DNA of 64,000 nucleotides, taken from NCBI GenBank assembly GCA_965204535.1, contig OZ241996.1, positions 672,001-736,000 of the forward strand. The letters run 5' to 3'. Position numbers and translations under genes: made by a program. Of the stretch, positions 40,751 to 50,869 are shown piece by piece; positions within the stretch are counted from its first letter, which is position 1, and every line of letters begins with the position of its first letter. Origin of the DNA: a bacterium. Its GTDB lineage: Bacteria > UBA8248. Below the pieces are notes generated by a model. That model saw nothing but the letters and a program-made list of their open reading frames with translations, had not been told where the DNA came from and made no database searches.

Positions 40751-40869
40751 GATTCATCACTTCTTGTTTGCATGCGCTCTATTCTTTCGTACCATACATC
40801 AATTGGCGGCTGAATTTCACATCTCATTGTTGTTATTGCCATTATTTATTTTTCACCCGGGGATGAAGA

Positions 40870-41643
40870 TTGAGTGATTCCCAGCAAAAACTCATCGAGC
40901 AAGCGGCGGCATGGGTTTTGGAATCTCGCTCCACCGTATGCCTTACTGGAGCCGGCATAAGCACTGAAAGCGGCATCCCCGATTTCAGGTCCAAAGGTGG
41001 AATCTGGGATCGGTTCGACCCAAAGGATTTCGAAATTCGTCGATGGCTTGCTTCAGAGGCAATACAAAGACGCTACTGGGAAGTCGCCCAGGACGGGTAC
41101 GATTTGGTCCAAAACGCCACTCCTTCGGGTGGGCATTTCGCCTTGGCGAAATTGTCCCGATACGGTCGTCTGAAATTGCTTGTGACGCAAAATACAGATG
41201 GGCTTCACCAGAAAGCGGGTCATGACCCGGACGAGGTCGTGGAATTGCACGGGACGAGTCATGTGTGCGTTTGTGTGGGTTGCGGGATGAAATTACCTCG
41301 TTCTGAAGTCCACGTACGGGTTCGGGGTGGTGAGGCAATTCCAAAGTGCAAGGACTGTGGGGCCTTGCTGAAACCGGATGCCGTTTTCTTTGGAGAGGGG
41401 TTATCCTCGGCAAAATTATCCCGCGCCGTTGAGGCATCAAGAAAGGCCGAGGTTTTTCTGGTGGCCGGGTCCTCATTGGCGGTCAGGCCGGCAGGAGGAT
41501 TGCCCGAGCGCGCCAGAAAAGCAGGGGCGCGCCTCATCATCGTGAACGAAGGCCCCACCCGTTTCGACGCCAAAGCGGACTTACGGATTCAAGGGAAAAC
41601 GGGCGAGGTGTTGCCTGCGCTCGTAGACGCGATTCTCGCTTGA
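40870..41643 (+). CDS. cobB: NAD-dependent protein deacylase (sirtuin)
   Basis: TGAGISTESGIPDFRS, TQN.DGLH..AG, ELHG, two CxxC, GSSL.V.PA. Confidence 0.93.
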   Translation: MSDSQQKLIEQAAAWVLESRSTVCLTGAGISTESGIPDFRSKGGIWDRFDPKDFEIRRWLASEAIQRRYWEVAQDGYDLVQNATPSGGHFALAKLSRYGRLKLLVTQNTDGLHQKAGHDPDEVVELHGTSHVCVCVGCGMKLPRSEVHVRVRGGEAIPKCKDCGALLKPDAVFFGEGLSSAKLSRAVEASRKAEVFLVAGSSLAVRPAGGLPERARKAGARLIIVNEGPTRFDAKADLRIQGKTGEVLPALVDAILA

Positions 41644-41810
41644 GCTTGTTTGAAGGGTAGATTTTTTGATCTTCAAGGCCCTGGATGATAGAGTCGACGG
41701 CGAATCCTGAACATATCACCGGATGATCATCGCCCGGGGATTCAACTGACGCCTGACGATATCCTTCCAGGATATTTTTGCAGCACAATGATGAAAGGGA
41801 GGGAGTGCTC

Positions 41811-42746
41811 GTGGCCACGCATGAACTGGATACCACCGTCGATACCTGCCATTGGGGCTTTTATGACTCAGCTCTTGCTCCCGTCATGACGATCGCTTCC
41901 GGCGATACGCTCGTCGTGAAAACCGAGTCTGGACGCAAAGATTTTCTGCAAAAACATCCCGAGAGAGTCTCGGATAATCTGAGGCGAATCCTGGAGACGA
42001 TGGAACAGGGACCCGGTGCGCACATCATGACGGGTCCGGTGGCGGTCGAAGGCGCCGAACCCGGCGATGTTCTGGAGATCAAGATTCGTGATATCAGACC
42101 CCGGTATGATTGGGGTTACAACGGTTTCAGGCCCCTGGTGGGTGGTCTGCCGGAGGATTTCCCTTATACGAGGGTTGTGATTGTCGAGGTGGACGAGGAG
42201 AGTGGAACGGGCGACTGGGGCGCGGGTGTCAAGGTGCCGCTCGGGCCTTTTTTCGGAAATTTCGGTGTGGCACCCGCTCCGGTGCTTGGGCGCGTGCCGT
42301 CGTCTCCCCCGGGAGAGTGGGGCGGCAATACGGATTGTAAGGAATTCACGGCCGGCTCGACGATTTATTTACCTGTTTTCACCGAAGGCGCCTTGTTCTC
42401 CGTGGGCGACGGGCATGGCTGCCAAGGGGATGGGGAGGCGAACATCAACGGAATCGAGATGGGCCTCATCGGCACTTTCGGGATGACCGTCCGCAAGGAC
42501 ATGGACATCAAGACCCCGCGCGCGGAGACGGAATCGCACTACATATTGATGGGTTTTGACCCGATTCTCGACAATGCGGCGAAGATGGCCTTACGCGAGA
42601 CGATTCAGTTTCTGGGTGAGCTTCGGGGCATGAGCCGGGATGATGCGTACAGGTTGTGCAGCCTGGCGGTCGACCTGCGCGTGACCCAAATCGTGAACGG
42701 CACCAAGGGCGTTCACGCCATGGTGCCCAAATCTTTATTCGAATAA
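41811..42746 (+). CDS. Acetamidase/formamidase family protein, paralog 1
   Basis: HWG.YD, H.MTGPV.VEGAEPGD.L, GGN.D, GDGH..QGDGE; GTG start. Confidence 0.9.
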   Translation: MATHELDTTVDTCHWGFYDSALAPVMTIASGDTLVVKTESGRKDFLQKHPERVSDNLRRILETMEQGPGAHIMTGPVAVEGAEPGDVLEIKIRDIRPRYDWGYNGFRPLVGGLPEDFPYTRVVIVEVDEESGTGDWGAGVKVPLGPFFGNFGVAPAPVLGRVPSSPPGEWGGNTDCKEFTAGSTIYLPVFTEGALFSVGDGHGCQGDGEANINGIEMGLIGTFGMTVRKDMDIKTPRAETESHYILMGFDPILDNAAKMALRETIQFLGELRGMSRDDAYRLCSLAVDLRVTQIVNGTKGVHAMVPKSLFE

Positions 42747-42762
42747 GTTTCATATTTATAAG

Positions 42763-43719
42763 GTGTCATCCTTGGCCGAACATGTGATTGCGCAAATCCC
42801 CGACAACATCCAGTGGGGTTATTATGACGCCGACCTTTCTCCGGTTCTCACCGTCGCTTCAGGCGATGTGCTCGAAATTCACACCGAGCCGGGGATCAGG
42901 ACTCTTGAATCTCCGATATGGGAAAGAGCTTCTGAAAATCTGCGAGAAATCGCCGAGCGCGGTAAGAGGGACCTGGGCGGTCATATCCTCACCGGACCCA
43001 TCGCTGTCGAAGGAGCTGTGGCGGGGGATGTCCTGGAAGTGAGATTTCTGGAAATCTGGCCGCGCTATGATTGGGGTTTTAACGTCATTCGGCCCCTGGC
43101 GGGCGGCTTGCCCGAGGATTTTCCGTATTCGAGAACGGTAATCGTGGAAATAGACAAAGAAGCGAATACGGGGGACTGGGGCGCAGGCGTGAAAGTGCCG
43201 CTCAGGCCTTATTTCGGCAACTTCGGCGTAGCACCACCGAGCGATTTCGGCCGTGTTCCATCCACTCCGCCGGGAATCTGGGGCGGAAACATGGACAACA
43301 AGGAATTTATTGCAGGTTCTCGCGTCTATCTTCCCGTATTTCACGATGGTGCTTTGTTCGCCATAGGTGACGGACACGGATGTCAGGGGGACGGGGAAAG
43401 CTGTCTCTCCGCCCTGGAATGCGGCATGTCCGCGAAAATTGAACTCATCGTCCGAAAGGATTTGAGTCTGAAAATGCCCCGCGCCGAGACACCGACTCAT
43501 CATATCCTCATGGGGTTCGATCCGATTCTCGATAATGCAGCCAAAATGGCGCTCAGGGAGACGATTCGGTTTTTAGGGGAATTGCGCGGCATGAGCAAAG
43601 ATGATGCGTATACACTGTGCAGTCTGGCGGTGGATTTGCGTATCACGCAGATTGTGAACGGGGTCAAAGGCGTTCACGCGATGTTGCCGAAGAGTATTCT
43701 TGATGAAGGAGTGTGTTGA
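42763..43719 (+). CDS. Acetamidase/formamidase family protein, paralog 2
   Basis: Same motifs as paralog 1. Confidence 0.9.
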   Translation: MSSLAEHVIAQIPDNIQWGYYDADLSPVLTVASGDVLEIHTEPGIRTLESPIWERASENLREIAERGKRDLGGHILTGPIAVEGAVAGDVLEVRFLEIWPRYDWGFNVIRPLAGGLPEDFPYSRTVIVEIDKEANTGDWGAGVKVPLRPYFGNFGVAPPSDFGRVPSTPPGIWGGNMDNKEFIAGSRVYLPVFHDGALFAIGDGHGCQGDGESCLSALECGMSAKIELIVRKDLSLKMPRAETPTHHILMGFDPILDNAAKMALRETIRFLGELRGMSKDDAYTLCSLAVDLRITQIVNGVKGVHAMLPKSILDEGVC

Positions 43720-44654
43720 TGGCGACTCATGAATTGATTGCAAACCCGGATACCGTCCATTGGGGCTATTATGACGCCTCCCTGGAGCCTGTGATGCGCA
43801 TTCGCTCGGGCGACACGCTGGAGGTTCATACGGAATCGGGACGCGAGGAATATCTGGCGGAACTCGGGGACCGGGCGTCCCAAAATTTGAGAAACATCAT
43901 CGCGCAGGTTTCCCAGGAGCTTGGCCCCCATATCATGACGGGTCCTGTGGCTGTAGAAAGCGCGCAGCCCGGAGACGTGCTGGAAGTCCGCATCCACGAG
44001 GTCAAGACGCGCTATGACTGGGGATATAATACCATCCGGCCGATGATGGGGGGATTGCCGGAGGATTTTCCGTATACGCGCACCGTCATCGTGGACCTCG
44101 ATCTGGAAGCGCAAACGGGGGACTGGGGCGCGGGCGTCAGGGTGCCATTGAGGCCTTATTTCGGCAACTTCGGCGTGGCGCCCCCGCCTGCCGTAGGCCG
44201 TGTGGGGAGCTATCCTCCAAGTGCGTGGGGCGGGAATTTGGACAACAAAGAACTCATCTCGGGTTCTGTCGTCTATTTCCCGATTTTTAACGAGGGTGCT
44301 CTGTTTTCCGTAGGCGATGGGCACGGCTGCCAGGGAGACGGGGAAGCCTGTTTGACGGCTATCGAAACGGGTCTCTCGGGGACGATGGAAATCATCGTCA
44401 GAAAGGATATGCAACTCGATAATCCCCGGGCGGAAACCGACACGCATTATATCCTGATGGGCTTTGACCCTATTCTCGATAACGCGGCCAAAATGGCGCT
44501 GCGTGAGACGATTAAATTTCTGGGAGAGTTGCGCGGCATGAGCAGAGATGATGCATATACACTTTGCAGTCTTGCCGTGGACTTGCGGGTCACGCAAATT
44601 GTAAACGGCGTGAAGGGAGTTCACGCCATGCTGCCGAAATCATTGTTTACATGA
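43719..44654 (+). CDS. Acetamidase/formamidase family protein, paralog 3
   Basis: Same motifs; TGATG overlap with paralog 2. Confidence 0.9.
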   Translation: MATHELIANPDTVHWGYYDASLEPVMRIRSGDTLEVHTESGREEYLAELGDRASQNLRNIIAQVSQELGPHIMTGPVAVESAQPGDVLEVRIHEVKTRYDWGYNTIRPMMGGLPEDFPYTRTVIVDLDLEAQTGDWGAGVRVPLRPYFGNFGVAPPPAVGRVGSYPPSAWGGNLDNKELISGSVVYFPIFNEGALFSVGDGHGCQGDGEACLTAIETGLSGTMEIIVRKDMQLDNPRAETDTHYILMGFDPILDNAAKMALRETIKFLGELRGMSRDDAYTLCSLAVDLRVTQIVNGVKGVHAMLPKSLFT

Positions 44655-44689
44655 TTCACGTGCTTGTTTTCTCATGGGAGGGTTAGAAG

Positions 44690-45052
44690 ATGAGCGAAAA
44701 TGCGACTGGAAGTAGGCCGCCATACATTCCCGGAACGCCTGAGGAGTTGGATGCCGTAATCGCGGCCCCTAACAACCATGAAATAATTTTTGAAAACGAA
44801 AGAGTCCGCGTTTTGCGGGTGACGATTCAGCCGGGCGAGCTTGAAAAAGAGCACACGCACAAATGGGAAAGCGTATTCACTATCATGAGTTTTCCGAAAC
44901 TCACCTATTACAATGAAAAGGGCGAGGCTTGCGCCATAAGCGAAGACCGCAAAGAAGGTGTTCCTTTCTGGCTGGGGAGGGAGGGTTTGCATGCCGTAGA
45001 GAACCATGGAGACAAACCCTTGGAAGCAATTCGCGTCGAGATCAAAGACTAG
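44690..45052 (+). CDS. Cupin domain protein
   Basis: FENERVRVL.V.I.PGE....HTH...H.VEN....RVEIK. Confidence 0.82.
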   Translation: MSENATGSRPPYIPGTPEELDAVIAAPNNHEIIFENERVRVLRVTIQPGELEKEHTHKWESVFTIMSFPKLTYYNEKGEACAISEDRKEGVPFWLGREGLHAVENHGDKPLEAIRVEIKD

Positions 45053-45162
45053 CTTTGAGCATTTGGCGATTTTAGGCGCCTGGAATGTTTTCCCGCTAAA
45101 AGGGGCAGTAAGCCTGAAACGCGTCTCTTGAGAATTTCATCGTATTTATTAGGGAGTAATGA

Positions 45163-46284
45163 ATGAACACCGAAAATGGAAAAAAAGCACCAATAGGTTT
45201 GGCCATCATAGGCTGTGGAACGATCGGTAGAATTCGTGCTGAATTCGCCCGTGATTATCCGGGCGTCGAATGGCTGGGCCTTTGTGACATCAACGAGAAA
45301 GTGGGAAAAAAACTCGCCGATGAAACGAATGCCGATTTTTTCACTACGGACTACAAAGAGCTGTTGGCCCGACCGGAGGTGACCGCTTCCATTATCGCCA
45401 CAGAGGAAAACGAGCACGTAGGTCCCATACTGGCCTCTGTGGATGGGGGCCACGATATGTTCATTGAAAAGCCGCTGGCGACGAACGCAGCCGATTCGGC
45501 CCGGGTTCTCAAAGCCATCGAAGACGCAGGTCTGGATGCGGTTATTGGCTATACCCAGCGTTTCAGGAGGCGGTTTCTGGTCGCCAAGGAAAAAATTCGC
45601 ACCGGTCAGCTCGGCGATGTCACCACGGTCGTCACGAGAGCCTTCATGAACCGGCTGGTGCCCATTGCCACGGTGGAGAAAACGGAATACCGCGGCATCC
45701 TCACGCCGATGGTCGTCTCGGGGACGCACAGCCTCGATATCTGCATGTGGCTGATGGACGGGAAAACGCCCGTAGAAATCTATGCGCGCTCGATGGATAA
45801 GGCGCTTGGCGCATCTTACGGCACCAAGGACGCGACCCTTGGAATCTTCACCTTTGATGACGGCACGATATGGAGCATGAATATCTCATGGGCCCTGCCG
45901 ACGGTCTGGCCAGGCTCCGTCTATAGTCTGGAAATCGGCATCGTGGGCACAGAGGGCGTTCTCACCATCGACGACACCCATAGAGACTTGGTTCTTGCCA
46001 GTGAAAATGCGCAACCGGCAGGCTATACGCCCGATGTGAAGCGAAACGTGGATTTTCTGACGAGTTATCCGCCTGGAGACGTTGTATTTGAACAACTCTG
46101 GGGCCCGATGCGCGAAGAAACCAACGCCTGGTTCGGGCGCATCTTCACAGGATTGGAAACGCCGCACGCCACTGTGCAGGATGGTCACAGAAACCTCCTG
46201 CTCACAATGGCAATGGACGTTTCCGCGCAACGAAAAGAGCCGGTCGCGTTGCCCATGTCTATCAGTGAGTACGAGGAATTATAG
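45163..46284 (+). CDS. Gfo/Idh/MocA family oxidoreductase
   Basis: IIGCGTIG, FIEKP, GYTQRF, GTH.LD. Confidence 0.9.
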   Translation: MNTENGKKAPIGLAIIGCGTIGRIRAEFARDYPGVEWLGLCDINEKVGKKLADETNADFFTTDYKELLARPEVTASIIATEENEHVGPILASVDGGHDMFIEKPLATNAADSARVLKAIEDAGLDAVIGYTQRFRRRFLVAKEKIRTGQLGDVTTVVTRAFMNRLVPIATVEKTEYRGILTPMVVSGTHSLDICMWLMDGKTPVEIYARSMDKALGASYGTKDATLGIFTFDDGTIWSMNISWALPTVWPGSVYSLEIGIVGTEGVLTIDDTHRDLVLASENAQPAGYTPDVKRNVDFLTSYPPGDVVFEQLWGPMREETNAWFGRIFTGLETPHATVQDGHRNLLLTMAMDVSAQRKEPVALPMSISEYEEL

Positions 46285-46312
46285 GTTTTACGACGAACGG
46301 AGAGGATTGCAC

Positions 46313-46711
46313 ATGCCTTTTTATGAAATTGATGGAATGAAGGAGAGCAACAGCAAGACGAATCCCAAAGTCAGGGCGAAAAGTGTTGTGGGTGAGTTCA
46401 TGAAGGTGGGCATTGTGACAAAGCCGGAAGGGGAGGGACCTCCGCTCCACATGCACCCGAACGAAGAGCAGTTCACGCTTATTCTGGATGGCAAGCTGCA
46501 CTATATACTCGGGGAGGAAGACAAGATCGTGGAGCGTGGAGACTTGATTCACATCCCCAGGTATACGAACCACAGAAGCCGAGCCGTTGATGGCGAAGCC
46601 ACTTTCTTCACCGTGAAATTTCCGGCCGGAACGGGGGAGTTGGATGAGGATTACAATTTGGCGCAAGGGGCCGAGGAAGCAGAAAAGAAATATCCCGGTG
46701 CCTCGGCATAA
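46313..46711 (+). CDS. Cupin domain protein
   Basis: ATG 46313 after GAGG; H.HPNEEQ...GD.I.IP....H. Confidence 0.85.
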   Translation: MPFYEIDGMKESNSKTNPKVRAKSVVGEFMKVGIVTKPEGEGPPLHMHPNEEQFTLILDGKLHYILGEEDKIVERGDLIHIPRYTNHRSRAVDGEATFFTVKFPAGTGELDEDYNLAQGAEEAEKKYPGASA

Positions 46712-46734
46712 CATGAGATTGGATAATTGTTTCT

Positions 46735-47193
46735 ATGAGAGAAAAACATTTTGAGGATTTCAAGACTGGCGAGAAGTTTCATACGAAAGAGAAAACGCTT
46801 TCCACGGAAGAAATCATAGAATTCGCCGAGTTGTACGACCCCCAGCCGTTCCATATTGATGAAAAAGCGGCGGCTGAGTCTCCATACGGTGGGATCATCG
46901 CCAGTGGCTTTCATACTATCGGGACCTCGTTTCGCTTGTTCATTGACACGGGCGTTATCGGGACCACGGGCATGGGTTCGCCCGGCATGGATTCCATCCG
47001 CTGGCTAAAGCCCGTTCGTCCCGGAGACACGTTGCGGGTCGAAGCGGAAGTCATTGAGACAAGAGCGTCCCGCTCGGAGGCTGGACGCGGGATTGTCCTC
47101 ATGGAATTCAGGACATACAACCAGGAAAACGACCTGGTGCTTTCGATGCGATCCGTGAATTTGGTGCGCAGAAGAAATAGCGCAAATATATAG
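46735..47193 (+). CDS. MaoC family dehydratase
   Basis: FEDF..G, DPQPFH.D...A..S..GG.IASG.HT, W..PVRPGD. Confidence 0.92.
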   Translation: MREKHFEDFKTGEKFHTKEKTLSTEEIIEFAELYDPQPFHIDEKAAAESPYGGIIASGFHTIGTSFRLFIDTGVIGTTGMGSPGMDSIRWLKPVRPGDTLRVEAEVIETRASRSEAGRGIVLMEFRTYNQENDLVLSMRSVNLVRRRNSANI

Positions 47194-47323
47194 GCAAAAG
47201 GCTGGTGCCATGTTCGCACATGACGCTAGTGGTAAAGCAAAAAAGAAGCCTTTTTCTCGTCGACTATCAATAAACGGAAGTTACTAGACCTTCGCTCCAG
47301 TAGTTGGTCAAAATTCCCGATGA

Positions 47324-47977
47324 TTAGTGATGGGCATGCGTCATCGCCGCCATGATCGCCTGTTCGATTTCCTGAATCGCTCCACTGACTTCACGTCCGA
47401 TGAGGTCCAGCTTACGGATCTGATCGATACGGGGACGTATCCGACTAATCTCCCTGTCGGAAAATACGTCACGCAGAATGTTGCATGCATCGGCAAGACA
47501 GATTAGAGCGACATCTTTGGGATCCGGAGTTTCATCCGAAAGTAACACGCCGGTGATGCGCAGCTTCACTTCGCGCTCGGCGCGACCATCGATCGTCGGG
47601 TATCTCCGCGCCCGGAAGACCCATAAGAACTTTTCTTCCTGGGATTCCAGAATACCGTTATCGACCAGACCGGACAGGGATTGCTCGCGGATTTCTGTGG
47701 CCTCTCGGGAAATCGTTTCAATCCAGGCCTTGGCATCCCTGGTTTCGTCGGAAGCCGCTATGTTTTCGAGAATCCGATCATGCGGCGAGTGGCCGATCGG
47801 GGTTTTGTCCAGAACCATCAACTGGCTGGGATCGGTGTCGATGCGGTTTGCAAACGCCAGATCCATGAGAACGGCGCCCGCTAGCACATATCCCATCGTG
47901 CTTTCGCGAATGGGAAGAAACGAACCTTTCTCGTCATCGAGCATCAGCAATAAGATTTCATCGACAAATGTCAGCAT
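47324..47977 (-). CDS. GPP34/GOLPH3 (Vps74) family protein
   Basis: LT..DE.LLL.LDD..G, LAGA.L.DL, LV..G.L.....FLW.F..R.YP. Confidence 0.82.
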   Translation of the reverse strand: MLTFVDEILLLMLDDEKGSFLPIRESTMGYVLAGAVLMDLAFANRIDTDPSQLMVLDKTPIGHSPHDRILENIAASDETRDAKAWIETISREATEIREQSLSGLVDNGILESQEEKFLWVFRARRYPTIDGRAEREVKLRITGVLLSDETPDPKDVALICLADACNILRDVFSDREISRIRPRIDQIRKLDLIGREVSGAIQEIEQAIMAAMTHAHH

Positions 47978-47988
47978 GGAGCGCTCCT

Positions 47989-48327
47989 TTATGAAGCCGC
48001 CGCAAGGGCTGCCTCACGAGTATCGTGGCAATCGATGACAGTATGAAAACCGCTGGTTTCTATCACTGACTTGCAATCGGGCTGTAGCGCGCAGATCATC
48101 AACTTGCCCCCGTTTTGCTGGCATTTTCTGGCGCTCGTGAGAAATATGCGCAGCCCGGCGCTGCTGACATATGTCATTCCTGCACAATCGAACAAGACAT
48201 GCGCATCACCACGGTTGACGATTTCCGAAATCCGGTTTTCCAACTCCGGGGCGGTGGTACCGTCTACACGCCCCTCAATCGCAACGATGACAACAGAATC
48301 CAGCTTTTCTTCCCCGATGTTCATCAT
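47989..48327 (-). CDS. STAS domain anti-sigma factor antagonist
   Basis: GR.D...APEL, Y.SSAGLR; GAGGAG RBS. Confidence 0.9.
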   Translation of the reverse strand: MMNIGEEKLDSVVIVAIEGRVDGTTAPELENRISEIVNRGDAHVLFDCAGMTYVSSAGLRIFLTSARKCQQNGGKLMICALQPDCKSVIETSGFHTVIDCHDTREAALAAAS

Positions 48328-48496
48328 GTCGTGGAATTCTCCTCGATGGAGTGAATATCCAGTATTTTTATACAACTTTAGCCCAAGGCCTGACCTTCCG
48401 CAACTTGTTTTTTCCTCCTGCCAGGCTCGTGCGTAATTTTTTGCATGGAAATGAAGGGTTGATTCCAGAGGTTTTTCGTGGAGCTGCCCAAATACC

Positions 48497-49393
48497 TTAT
48501 CCGTTGAAAATCAGGGTAACCGTGCCCGTAAAAATTGCGAGCGCGCCCGCCACGACGCGCCAGTTCATTCTCTCTTCTGATTGAAGAAAAGCCCATGAAA
48601 TAGCGATGGCGAACAAAGGCCTTGATTGCGCGATGGGGAATGCGTAGACGACGGGCGCATTCGCCAACGCGAGATATAAAAACGTAACACCGAGGCTAGC
48701 GGATAGGCCGGCCAGAACGAGGAACCCCCAGTTATTCGGAGTCCAGCTTTTGATTTCGCCAATTTTTCCTTTGCGGAAAAGGAAAGGCAAAAAAGCCGCT
48801 ACCGCGAAAATGTTGGAATAGAAGTTCGCCTCGTTGGCTGAGGTGAAGAACCCCACCGCGGGTCGCACAAGCACTGCGGCTGCTCCGAAGGCCAGCGCGC
48901 AGCCGAGCGCCAATCCCATTCCGATATACAGGTTTTTAGGGGATTCACCCCCCTGGTGATTGGGATGACTCCTGGCGATGAAGAGGTAGCCGACAAACAC
49001 GAGCAGGGCGCCCAGCCCGATAGTGACCGTGAGCGCCTCTCCCAGCAAGGCGACGCCGAAGAATACGGCGAATATCATATTCGTCGCGACGATGGTGCTC
49101 GTGCGCGCGGACCCGATGTGCTGCGTGGCGGCGAAGAGCATGGTGCGCGCAAAGCAGACCCTGAAAATTCCCGCGATGGCGATGAATAGAAGAGGCCAGC
49201 CCAAGCCCGGCCAGGGATCTGAAAAATCTCCCCTCAAAACAGAGACAATCCAGAGAACGGGCAGGCCGATGATGGCGGTAAAGGCCGTTCCGGTGATGGG
49301 GTCTATGCCACGAACTGCAAAGCGTCCGAAGATATCCCTTAGCGCAAGCAAAATTGCTGATATGAGGGCATATACGGCGGCTGTCTCAAACAC
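48497..49393 (-). CDS. DMT/EamA family transporter
   Basis: About ten TM helices in two EamA repeats. Confidence 0.88.
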   Translation of the reverse strand: MFETAAVYALISAILLALRDIFGRFAVRGIDPITGTAFTAIIGLPVLWIVSVLRGDFSDPWPGLGWPLLFIAIAGIFRVCFARTMLFAATQHIGSARTSTIVATNMIFAVFFGVALLGEALTVTIGLGALLVFVGYLFIARSHPNHQGGESPKNLYIGMGLALGCALAFGAAAVLVRPAVGFFTSANEANFYSNIFAVAAFLPFLFRKGKIGEIKSWTPNNWGFLVLAGLSASLGVTFLYLALANAPVVYAFPIAQSRPLFAIAISWAFLQSEERMNWRVVAGALAIFTGTVTLIFNG

Positions 49394-49445
49394 GCCCCCA
49401 TTATAGAAAAGTATGTAGGCCCATCAAAGCGCTTTGGCCTGAGCA

Positions 49446-50420
49446 CTAAATACTTAGAGCCGGAGCAGGGTGCTGCACGCGATCGAGAATGAAGTCGGCC
49501 ATCAGCGGCCAAGGGTCGAAACCGATGAGATTTTGCGCATCGTCCACGAAATTGGAGAGCGCATTGATGTCATAATAATATATTTCTCCATCCTTGTCGC
49601 TGACCAGATATTCTACGCCGCCGACCTCTATCCCGGCTGTTTGCATGATTTTCTCGACTGTATCGATTACCTCTCTCGGTGGTGTGACCTTCTCAATCAA
49701 AGCGTTTCTGCCGTTCACCCCGCATGCGACCTCCTCGTTGCGGCGGCAGTAACTGCCCGGGCAGAGATTAAAGGAATTCGGGTCCACCAACGCCAGTTGA
49801 ATCGCATAAAGGAACTTGCTGTTCAAAACTTCGACCCGGACGATTTGATCTCCACGCGGCGGGATGTATTCCTGAACGAGCGCCACATTGTCGATGCCGA
49901 AATCGATGCGCGCTTCATCCGCCGCTCGTTGGAGTTCTTCAGGCGTGTCGTATTTTTGTATGCCGGCTCCGCTTCCCCCGATATTCGCTTTCGTGATGAT
50001 GGGAAAACTGAACCCCTCGGCCGCCGCCGGAGCCTGGGAGGGGTGGTTGATCACCCGTGACCTCGGGTGGTTGGCGCCCAGACTGTTAAGCAGACGGGTT
50101 TGACGCACTTTTGAGAATTCATGGAGATAGGCCTTGTAGCCGTTGATCACATTGGCGCCAATCGCCTTGAGGTGCGCGCAATACTCGAGTGTGTAGGGAA
50201 TCGCATGGGTATGCCCGCGCGCCCATGCAGACGGACTCATCCTGTTTACAATCAGCGTATAAGGCGATTCGGTTTCGGTTGGATCGAAGCGATGGTTGTG
50301 GGCTTCTATTTTTTCATATGCCACATCCCTTCTGTCGAGTTCCTCGAAAAGCTTTTTGAACCACTCGGGATGTTCATAATAAATGGCGATGGGGCGGGCG
50401 GACCCGTTTCGGTCAGTCAT
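49446..50420 (-). CDS. RimK/glutathione-synthetase-like ATP-grasp protein
   Basis: NRMSPS, SK..Q, K.NIGGSGAGI, QEYIP, GGVEYL, YDINALSNF. Confidence 0.85.
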   Translation of the reverse strand: MTDRNGSARPIAIYYEHPEWFKKLFEELDRRDVAYEKIEAHNHRFDPTETESPYTLIVNRMSPSAWARGHTHAIPYTLEYCAHLKAIGANVINGYKAYLHEFSKVRQTRLLNSLGANHPRSRVINHPSQAPAAAEGFSFPIITKANIGGSGAGIQKYDTPEELQRAADEARIDFGIDNVALVQEYIPPRGDQIVRVEVLNSKFLYAIQLALVDPNSFNLCPGSYCRRNEEVACGVNGRNALIEKVTPPREVIDTVEKIMQTAGIEVGGVEYLVSDKDGEIYYYDINALSNFVDDAQNLIGFDPWPLMADFILDRVQHPAPALSI

Positions 50421-50869
50421 GGGAGCGCATTCTCCTCGAATTTTAGGGTATCGAGCACTTGCTGGATTCGTTCGTCGACGATCTCGATCATCTTGGGATG
50501 GAAGCCGAGATGCGGGCCCAAAATGATGTCGATATCCGGGTATTTCCTCCGGCCTTCATTGATGAAGGCGGGCAAATCTTCTTTTACGTGATTGCCCCTG
50601 AAAAGAAAGTAAGGGATGACGATGATTCTTTCAGCTCCTTTCGCTACGCACAAGTCGATTCCCTCTGGAATGGAGGGGTGGCTGATCTCCAGGAATGCGG
50701 CCTTCAATATGCGATGCGGCCATGCTTTTTGAAAATGGTCCACGACGCGGAAAAGCGCTTCGTTGGCGTTTTGTGCGCGGCTGCCGTGACCGACGAGCAA
50801 AACAGCGATTTTCACCTGATCTTCGGACGCCTCGTCCAAAAATTCCAATTGTTTTTCTAGGCCAGGCAT
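50417..50869 (-). CDS. Sirohydrochlorin chelatase (CbiX/SirB)
   Basis: LVGHGSR, AFLE...P, PYFL..G.H...D.P. Confidence 0.9.
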   Translation of the reverse strand: MPGLEKQLEFLDEASEDQVKIAVLLVGHGSRAQNANEALFRVVDHFQKAWPHRILKAAFLEISHPSIPEGIDLCVAKGAERIIVIPYFLFRGNHVKEDLPAFINEGRRKYPDIDIILGPHLGFHPKMIEIVDERIQQVLDTLKFEENALP

